This document shows, in pieces, positions 9,742-16,213 of a stretch of 36,015 nt of DNA; position 1 is the stretch's first letter, and the number at the start of each line of letters is the position of its first letter. Position numbers and translations under genes: made by a program. Source of the DNA: an uncultured Eubacteriales bacterium (GTDB lineage: Bacteria > Bacillota > Clostridia > TANB77 > CAG-508); the NCBI GenBank assembly GCA_902488785.1, contig CABTXJ010000001.1, positions 1 to 36,015 on the forward strand, read 5' to 3'. Below the pieces are notes generated by a model that saw only the letters and a list, made by a program, of their open reading frames with translations, was not told the origin of the DNA and did no database searches.

Positions 9742-10593
9742 CTATCCTCCTCTTAAAAATTTACCAGATATATTTGTTTGTACTCTCATCCCACCTAATA
9801 AATCATTTGTAATTTGATTAGACTTTATCAATGCATATATAACTCCAATAAATATTAATTTAGAAGATATATTTGATGTTGCCGGTGTTATATATGTTAT
9901 TATCATAAGTATAATAGCTGCTATGTTCTGCATAAATAGTAATGCAACTATTGTTTTAAGCCAAGAATAAAATATATATTCTGTATTTTTTATTGCCTTA
10001 AATATTATCATTATTGGTGAAATTATAAGCATAATAATTACTAACATGTACCTATATGCATATTCAAATAACAATGTTACTAACCCAGAAGATATAAAAA
10101 TTTTTAATATACCATCAAAAGTTGTAAAATCTATACCATTTTCAAAATTATAAATATTAGATTGTAAATTTTTTACATATATGCTAAAAAAAGTTTCTTT
10201 ACTATATGGGTTACTATTTAATTTAAGTATTTCTTTAGTAAACAGTGAATTAATTTTTAAAAATGTTCCTAATATCTCTTCTATATTTGTAGCTACTATA
10301 ATTATTATTATCATTCTTATCAAAAATGTATAAGGATTTTCTTCAGATTTTAATGTAAGATGTGAAAGTAAGAATTTAAAAGAATAATAAATTATTATTC
10401 CAAAAGCAACAGACACCGCAATAGATATTGTTCCATCTACACTTTTGTTTCCCATTATCATTTTGACTGCTCCTTCATTGAAGATATTATCATCAATAAA
10501 TAAAAAATCATCAAGTAGCAAAAAAATATTATTATCAATAGAATTAACTAATTTTGATATTATTCCATTTAATATTCCTATTATATTTTCTAT
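9742..10593 (-). CDS. VirB6/TrbL-like polytopic membrane protein (start proposed at ATA 10593; track start is TTG 10521)
   Basis: At least five hydrophobic helices. The frame stays open upstream of TTG 10521 to the TAA-TAG of the preceding gene. AGGAGG (10604-10599) lies 5 nt before ATA 10593-10591, and there is no SD before TTG 10521. Confidence 0.5.
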   Translation of the reverse strand: MENIIGILNGIISKLVNSIDNNIFLLLDDFLFIDDNIFNEGAVKMIMGNKSVDGTISIAVSVAFGIIIYYSFKFLLSHLTLKSEENPYTFLIRMIIIIIVATNIEEILGTFLKINSLFTKEILKLNSNPYSKETFFSIYVKNLQSNIYNFENGIDFTTFDGILKIFISSGLVTLLFEYAYRYMLVIIMLIISPIMIIFKAIKNTEYIFYSWLKTIVALLFMQNIAAIILMIITYITPATSNISSKLIFIGVIYALIKSNQITNDLLGGMRVQTNISGKFLRGG

Positions 10594-10605
10594 ATTGTCC
10601 TCCTA

Positions 10606-10980
10606 TTATTTAAGCAATGTTTGTATAAACTCTAAAACAAATTTTGTGCTTAGTATAAATGCATATGAATATATAGTTCCTCTAATTAGTTTTTTAGATG
10701 TTCTTACTTTTTCTTCATCTCCAAAACTAAACTTTCTCATTATTAATCCTGTACTTATTGCAACTCCAGCTATTGGTGTAGCTACTAATAATATGTATGC
10801 CTGTATTCTTTCAAAAGCTTTTTGAATCTTTTTTATTAATTTTGGATTAGATTGTGCAAACCCATAATTTTGATTAATAATAATAAAACTTATTATTATT
10901 AATGATATTAATATTTTAATATTTATTTTCTTTAAAATTTTTTTTGACCTTTTTGCATTAATATTTTTTAATCTTCTTAT
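10606..10980 (-). CDS. VirB2/TrbC-like pilin candidate (signal peptide plus two hydrophobic helices), non-canonical ATA start
   Basis: Manual translation gives 124 open codons from the T4CP stop to TAA 10608-10606. AGGAGG 10994-10989 lies 8 nt before ATA 10980-10978. The first ATG/GTG/TTG in frame is codon 81. The ORF is absent from the track. Confidence 0.5.
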   Translation of the reverse strand: MRRLKNINAKRSKKILKKINIKILISLIIISFIIINQNYGFAQSNPKLIKKIQKAFERIQAYILLVATPIAGVAISTGLIMRKFSFGDEEKVRTSKKLIRGTIYSYAFILSTKFVLEFIQTLLK

Positions 10981-10992
10981 TTTATTTACCTC

Positions 10993-12831
10993 CTAATCTA
11001 AAAAATATGGAATCATATTTATTTTATTTACATATTTAATTTTATTTCCATCTGATATGAATCCTAGAGATTCAAATGTATTTAGTTCTTGTGTAAAAAA
11101 CTTATAATCAAATCTATAATCAAAATTGGAATATCTATTTATACTTTCATTTAAGCTAGAGTTATCTGAAATAAATTCTTTAGCTAAAAAACTATAATTT
11201 GCATCCTTAGAACTTTCTCCAATTGTAATTGATTTTCTTTCTTTTTCTTCTTTTCCTATTAATTTTTGCATTTTTTCAATAGTATATTCATCATCTGTTC
11301 TAAAACATATCTTATTAACTAAGCTTTGTATTATTACATTAGATGTATTTTCTTCTTTTAATGCATTTTTAATTGAAGTAAAACTTTGTGTGGATATAAC
11401 ATTTATACACATTGCTTCTCTTGATTGTGAATAAAAATCAGCATCATTTTTTGTCACATACTCTTGATATTCGTCACTAATGAATGCTGTTATTCTTTTT
11501 GGACCGCCTCTTCCTAATTGCTTAAGAACTTCTGATTGAAAATCTAATTTTAAATAACAAGCTATAACTTTAGAAATATCACCATATTCAGAAATATTCA
11601 TATTTAAAACAACTATTTTTCCTTCTTTAATTAATTCCTCAAATCCGTTGAAATTTATTTCTTCTTTTTTAGGTGAAAAATGTTTATTAATCTTATAATC
11701 TGTAATAAAAAGATTCGTTATTCTACTTATTTCAGCTCTTATTATATTTTTAGTTCTTGAATCTAATTTAATAAATTCTTTTTCATAAAAATTTATAAAG
11801 GTATTTAAGTCATATATAATCCTTTGTATTTCGTTTTTTTCTTTTTCTATTAATTTATTAGATTTAACCATTTTGATTTTTAATATATCAACTAACTTCT
11901 TTTTTGTTTCTATATAATATTCTTCATTCGAAATTATTTTATTTAATTCATCAAAATTTACATACCCATCATTATATATTCTTATATATTTTATAACTTC
12001 TGCAATTACAGTTTCTGCTTTATCTATCCAAAAACTTTCTGAATTATTTGGACTAAAAAGTAATAATATATATTTTAACCTTGAAGCTATGATTTTAGGG
12101 CTATATTCTTTTTTATCTAAAGGATTATAATAAATATTACTATTTAAACTAATTTCAATTAAGTCATCTTCTCTGCCTATATATTGGCACTCTTTTTTTA
12201 TAAAGTCATAATAATTACCTTTTACATCCAATACTAGCATACCTATTTTTTTACAATTATTAATCGATGAACATATACCAAACTTTAATAATTTTTTAGT
12301 TATTTGATAAACTGCTGAGCTAGTTTTACCAGATCCTATACTTCCTGTTATTAATATATTTTGAAAAAGGCCTTTTTCGTTTAAATATAAGGGATTATTA
12401 CATTTATCAAATCCCAATAATATTTTTAAATTTTCTTCTTGATCTATATTATTATTCTTTAAATCATTTTTTTTAATATTTTCTTTTTTCTTTTTGTTAC
12501 TTTTTATCTTTGATTTCTTTATTTTTATTTTTTTATTTTTTAAAACGCTTAATGTATATTCATCTTTATCTTTTATTTCAGTTGAAATTTCAAATTTTTT
12601 AAGTTTATATATTAAAGTTATTGAAATTAAAAAGCTAGAAATATATATATACTTATTTAAAAATTGCCACAATTTGGGATATTCTTTTATAACATCAAAA
12701 TTATTTATTGACCCTTTTATTTTAAGACTTTTTAGCTCTGATAATTTTCCAAAAAAATTATATTCTATTAAACAAATAAATAATGAATATAATATTGACT
12801 TTATTAAAGCTTTAAAATTAATGTTTTTCAT
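10993..12831 (-). CDS. virD4: Type IV coupling protein (VirD4/TraG/TraD family ATPase)
   Basis: It has two N-terminal TM helices, Walker A ITGSIGSGKTSS, VLDVKGNYY, Walker B AFISDEYQEY and the STQSF motif. The size and architecture fit a T4CP. Confidence 0.7.
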   Translation of the reverse strand: MKNINFKALIKSILYSLFICLIEYNFFGKLSELKSLKIKGSINNFDVIKEYPKLWQFLNKYIYISSFLISITLIYKLKKFEISTEIKDKDEYTLSVLKNKKIKIKKSKIKSNKKKKENIKKNDLKNNNIDQEENLKILLGFDKCNNPLYLNEKGLFQNILITGSIGSGKTSSAVYQITKKLLKFGICSSINNCKKIGMLVLDVKGNYYDFIKKECQYIGREDDLIEISLNSNIYYNPLDKKEYSPKIIASRLKYILLLFSPNNSESFWIDKAETVIAEVIKYIRIYNDGYVNFDELNKIISNEEYYIETKKKLVDILKIKMVKSNKLIEKEKNEIQRIIYDLNTFINFYEKEFIKLDSRTKNIIRAEISRITNLFITDYKINKHFSPKKEEINFNGFEELIKEGKIVVLNMNISEYGDISKVIACYLKLDFQSEVLKQLGRGGPKRITAFISDEYQEYVTKNDADFYSQSREAMCINVISTQSFTSIKNALKEENTSNVIIQSLVNKICFRTDDEYTIEKMQKLIGKEEKERKSITIGESSKDANYSFLAKEFISDNSSLNESINRYSNFDYRFDYKFFTQELNTFESLGFISDGNKIKYVNKINMIPYFLD

Positions 12832-12832
12832 T

Positions 12833-12985
12833 TTATATACCTTTTATATTATTTTCTTTCATCTTAATTTTGCTACCTTGTACATTATGGAGAACATATT
12901 TTTCAAAAATATTATAAGCTAAATAAAATAATATAATTGTATTAATAATTATTATTATGATAAAAATTTTTACACGTTCACTCAA
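12833..12985 (-). CDS. 50-aa single-TM peptide, first gene of T4SS module A
   Basis: TTG 12985 lies 7 nt after AAAGGAG. Translation: MSERVKIFIIIIIINTIILFYLAYNIFEKYVLHNVQGSKIKMKENNIKGI. Its TAA (12835-12833) lies 1 nt before the T4CP ATG, suggesting translational coupling. It is below the track length cutoff. Confidence 0.45.
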   Translation of the reverse strand: MSERVKIFIIIIIINTIILFYLAYNIFEKYVLHNVQGSKIKMKENNIKGI

Positions 12986-13020
12986 TTTAAATCTCCTTTT
13001 TCCATTTTTTTATTTGAAGC

Positions 13021-13048
13021 ATTATACCAGCTTTTTCATTTTTGTCAA
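13021..13048 (-). promoter_or_regulatory. Consensus sigma-A promoter of T4SS module A
   Basis: On the minus strand, TTGACA (13048-13043), a 16-nt spacer and an extended -10 TGGTATAAT (TATAAT 13026-13021). Confidence 0.7.
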
Positions 13049-13114
13049 ATGTATTTTTTAAAAATCTTTTTCAAATATTCTTAATTGTTTTTAATTATTT
13101 TTATTTTACACATA

Positions 13115-13141
13115 TAAAAAAACCTTGACACTATGTCAAGG
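13115..13141 (-). terminator. Rho-independent terminator of the 198-aa gene
   Basis: CCTTGACA-ctat-GTCAAGG hairpin followed, on the minus strand, by a T-run. Confidence 0.7.
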
Positions 13142-13175
13142 CTTTTAATATCTCTTACAACAAATATATCTATGT

Positions 13176-13772
13176 TTAATATACTTTTTTGCAAAACTCT
13201 TTCCCATCTCTAGAAAAATTATACATAATATTTTTAATTTTTCTTGTTAAAACTATATTATTTTTTTGACTATTGAATGCAGCTACAGCTTTTTCTAAGT
13301 CGTTCTCATTTTCTAATATTCTCATAATTTCAAGTGAATTATATATGTCTCTTAATCTATAATTTTTAAATGATTTTTCAACCTCTTTTTTCCGCTGTTT
13401 TCTTTTCTCTTTATCAATTAGCTTAAATCCTTCTTCTATTAGATTATTTTTTCTTTCTTCTTCTCTTTTTTCTTCTAATTTTAGCCAATTAATTAGTTCT
13501 TCATTTTCTTTTTTACGCTTTTTAATATATTTTTCTTTTGTATATCCTGTAATTGTTTTATATACTTTATCAAGTGTAATGTTTTTAGAATATATATTAA
13601 TACCTAAACGATTTATATATACATTTTCTGAGTTTTCATCAGCTCTTTTTAGTATCTCATAAATTTCTTCAATGCTTAAATATGGACTAACGAAAAGTTG
13701 AGTTGCCACTTTTTTATTTTCATCTTTTTCTTGTCCTTTTCTGATTAATCTTGCCATTTCTTGATATGTCAT
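13176..13772 (-). CDS. Hypothetical K/E-rich soluble protein, monocistronic
   Basis: ATG lies 6 nt after AGGAG. It has its own candidate promoter and terminator. I recognise no motif. Confidence 0.55.
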   Translation of the reverse strand: MTYQEMARLIRKGQEKDENKKVATQLFVSPYLSIEEIYEILKRADENSENVYINRLGINIYSKNITLDKVYKTITGYTKEKYIKKRKKENEELINWLKLEEKREEERKNNLIEEGFKLIDKEKRKQRKKEVEKSFKNYRLRDIYNSLEIMRILENENDLEKAVAAFNSQKNNIVLTRKIKNIMYNFSRDGKEFCKKVY

Positions 13773-13872
13773 TAAATACTCCTATAATTCTTATTTCTAA
13801 TTAAACATATTTACATTTGTTTTACTTAAAGTACCAAAAATTTTTAATACTTTTATCAATACTACACGTATA

Positions 13873-13901
13873 ATTATAGCATATTTATGTCTTTTCTTCA
13901 A
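13873..13901 (-). promoter_or_regulatory. Candidate promoter of the 198-aa gene
   Basis: On the minus strand, TTGAAG (13901-13896), a 17-nt spacer and TATAAT (13878-13873). Confidence 0.4.
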
Positions 13902-13966
13902 TTATTCATAATTTATATTTACTTATATTATTTTTAATAGTATAATATTATTCCAATAAAAAATAG

Positions 13967-13997
13967 AAAAAGGAGCATATTTCAATGCTCCTTTTTT
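13967..13997 (-). terminator. Rho-independent terminator of the exported 242-aa protein gene
   Basis: AAAAGGAGCAT-atttca-ATGCTCCTTTT hairpin with a T-run on the minus strand. Confidence 0.75.
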
Positions 13998-14027
13998 AGT
14001 ATAATAAAACATAATATTTTTTACTTT

Positions 14028-14756
14028 TTAATCATCCTTCTTACTTCTTTTAATATGAATCTTTATTTTAATTACTAATAATAAAAATAATATTAGAATA
14101 AAAATAAATATATAGATACCACTTTTATCTTCACTTTTTATATAATTATCTTTTTTTAATTCAGATGCATAAGTATACTTAATCATACTTATTTTTTGTT
14201 TTTGTATATTTCCAATTATTGATTGACTGCATCTAGAATAGATTTTTTCTAAATTATTTTTATTTTTTGTTATAAGCTTAATACTATTTTCATCGTTTTT
14301 CTCTTCCATATATTTTATTAACTTTTCATCTAATTTTATATGATTACTTACTATATTCAAAAAAGAAATTTCATCCAATTTATCATTTTCTAAAGCTTCT
14401 TTACACTCTTTTATATATCTAATACATCCTAACTTCTCTTGTTCTGTTAAATATAATCCATTCGTATAAAATTTAAGGATAAATGCATTTAATTCAATTT
14501 CAAATCTCTCTCTTATATTCTCATATGGAACCTCATCATTTCTATTTATATTTCCCACTCTATCTATAGGTTCTGTCCTTTCTATTAAAGTATCTATTAT
14601 ATATTTTACTTCGTTATTTTCATAAATATAGTAGAAATCAACAATACTATGCCTTTCTTCTTTGATATCTTCTTTTGCATATGATGTTGAATTTATTGTT
14701 GATAAAAATATCATAGCAATTAGTAATATTTGTATAGTTTTCCTTAATGCCTTTAT
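14028..14756 (-). CDS. Exported protein with N-terminal signal peptide and C-terminal TM anchor (start proposed at ATA 14756; track start is ATG 14714)
   Basis: AAGGAGG 14769-14763 is followed by ATT (14759) and ATA (14756) in frame. The extension gives KALRKTIQILLIAMIFLSTINSTSYA-KED, a complete n/h/c signal peptide. The C-terminal anchor is IYIFIFILILFLLLVIKI followed by KRSKKDD. Confidence 0.55.
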   Translation of the reverse strand: MKALRKTIQILLIAMIFLSTINSTSYAKEDIKEERHSIVDFYYIYENNEVKYIIDTLIERTEPIDRVGNINRNDEVPYENIRERFEIELNAFILKFYTNGLYLTEQEKLGCIRYIKECKEALENDKLDEISFLNIVSNHIKLDEKLIKYMEEKNDENSIKLITKNKNNLEKIYSRCSQSIIGNIQKQKISMIKYTYASELKKDNYIKSEDKSGIYIFIFILILFLLLVIKIKIHIKRSKKDD

Positions 14757-15037
14757 AATATGCCTCCTTAATAACCATTAAACAAAAATATTATGTTTTC
14801 TCCGAAATCCTTAATTATAGGATTTCTAATTTAAATATACATAATAATTTTACCATATTAACATTATTTTATCAAATTTTAATTTATCTAAAAAATTTGT
14901 TATATAATTAATATAGTATTCAACTTCCTGTTATTTTATTGTATTTGTGCATTATTTAATTTTTTTAGCAGTTGATAATTTTTTTATTGTATTATAGTAT
15001 AAATTTAATATATGAAATTGCTGCAACACTATAATAA

Positions 15038-15066
15038 TTGACATTTTAGCATTTTTCTATTATAAT
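15038..15066 (+). promoter_or_regulatory. Consensus sigma-A promoter of the hydrolase gene
   Basis: TTGACA (15038-15043), a 17-nt spacer and TATAAT (15061-15066). Confidence 0.7.
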
Positions 15067-15093
15067 TAAGTAGTGATTAAATTTGGAGGATTT

Positions 15094-15999
15094 ATGAAAA
15101 ACGCATCGAAAAGAACGTTATTACTTATAATAATGTTAATTGTTGTATTATCAGTTTCGGCTTATGCAACAAAAATGGATATTATTAAATCTGAAATAAT
15201 ATTCCATGATGGTAGTAAGCTATCATTTGCTACCAAATCGAATAAAAATGCAGAAGAAATACTGAAAGAAAACAATATAGTCCTATTAGATGATGAAGTA
15301 ATTAAAGAATCTAATGAAGGTGATAAAAAGATTATATACATTGATAAAAAGAACTCAAATGAAAATATTGTTAAATCAGAAAATTTTAAAGAGGTATCTT
15401 CTGAAGTCATAAGAAATGATAACTCATCTATTATTGAAAAAATTGAAATTGAAACAATAGAAATACCTTTCAATACAATTACTAAAGAATCTAAAAATCA
15501 AGATAATACAAGATCAATGGTAATTCAAATAGGTGAAAATGGAATTAAAGAAATTAAATATAAAAGTATATATAAAAATCAAGAATTAATAGATAGAAAA
15601 ATTTTAGAAGAAAAAGTTACTAAAGAACCTAAAGATAAAATAGTACAACTAGTTCCTAAAGTAACATCAAGATCTCTTTCAAGAGTTAATATACCACCAG
15701 GTGAAGCAAGAGCAGCATTTGAACAAGTATGTGCAGAAAAAGGTGTTTCTGCATCTGAAAGAAATGCTTGGGCAGAATTAATAAGTAGAGAATCAGGATG
15801 GAGAACAACTGCTACAAACAGAGGAACAGGAGCTTATGGACTTCCACAATCACTACCTGGTAGAAAAATGGCAACACATGGTTCTGATTGGAGAACAAAC
15901 CCAAGAACACAATTAAGATGGATGTACGATTATACAAAAGGTAGATATGATTCTTTTGGACATGCACTTAGTATCCAAAAAAATAGAGGTTGGTATTAA
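15094..15999 (+). CDS. Secreted DUF348-G5-lysozyme-like (transglycosylase-type) peptidoglycan hydrolase
   Basis: Start trimmed to ATG 15094, which lies 4 nt after GGAGG. It has a signal peptide KRTLLLIIMLIVVLSVSAYA and a DUF348-like region. The G5-like segment is EIPFNTITKES...VIQIGENGIKEIKYKSIYKNQELIDRKILEEKVTKEPKDKIVQLV. The C-terminus is ESGWRTTATNRGTGAYGLPQSLPGRKM...GRYDSFGHALSIQKNRGWY, with catalytic-Glu ESG and GLPQ motifs. Confidence 0.65.
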   Translation: MKNASKRTLLLIIMLIVVLSVSAYATKMDIIKSEIIFHDGSKLSFATKSNKNAEEILKENNIVLLDDEVIKESNEGDKKIIYIDKKNSNENIVKSENFKEVSSEVIRNDNSSIIEKIEIETIEIPFNTITKESKNQDNTRSMVIQIGENGIKEIKYKSIYKNQELIDRKILEEKVTKEPKDKIVQLVPKVTSRSLSRVNIPPGEARAAFEQVCAEKGVSASERNAWAELISRESGWRTTATNRGTGAYGLPQSLPGRKMATHGSDWRTNPRTQLRWMYDYTKGRYDSFGHALSIQKNRGWY

Positions 16000-16031
16000 G
16001 ACTTGAAATATACAATTAAATATATTAATAT

Positions 16032-16062
16032 AAAGATATTACTTTAATGTAATATCTTTTTT
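16032..16062 (+). terminator. Hairpin terminator after the hydrolase gene, abutting the tRNA 5' end
   Basis: AAAGATATTAC-tttaat-GTAATATCTTT followed by TTT. A possible tRNA promoter, TTGAAA (16003-16008)-17-TAATAT (16026-16031), overlaps it. Confidence 0.5.
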
Positions 16063-16139
16063 GTTCTCGTAGCTCAGCTGGATAGAGCACTCGCCTCCTA
16101 AGCGAGGGGTCGGAAGTTCAAATCTTCTCGGGAACACCA
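16063..16139 (+). tRNA. tRNA-Arg (anticodon CCU, reads AGG), CCA encoded
   Basis: The acceptor stem is GUUCUCG/CGGGAAC. The D-arm is AGCUCAGCUGGAUAGAGC, the anticodon arm is CUCGC-CUCCUAA-GCGAG and the T-arm is GGAAGUUCAAAUCUUCU. It ends in ACCA. Confidence 0.9.
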
Positions 16140-16150
16140 ATAGAAATAAT

Positions 16151-16178
16151 AAAAAACTGTAATTAAATTACAGTTTTT
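16151..16178. terminator. Bidirectional terminator between tRNA-Arg and gyrA
   Basis: AAAAAACTGTAATT-a-AATTACAGTTTTT palindrome with an A-run and a T-run. Confidence 0.7.
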
Positions 16179-16213
16179 ATTTTTATTTTTTTATATTTTA
16201 CCTTTTTATTCTA

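Noticed and set aside
10445-10825. 126-aa plus-strand ORF
   Set aside because: It overlaps the VirB6-like start and the pilin-like ORF on the opposite strand. The minus-strand frames have SDs, operon context and membrane-protein topology.
12494-12922. 142-aa plus-strand ORF
   Set aside because: It is an antisense shadow of the T4CP N-terminus and the 50-aa TM peptide gene.
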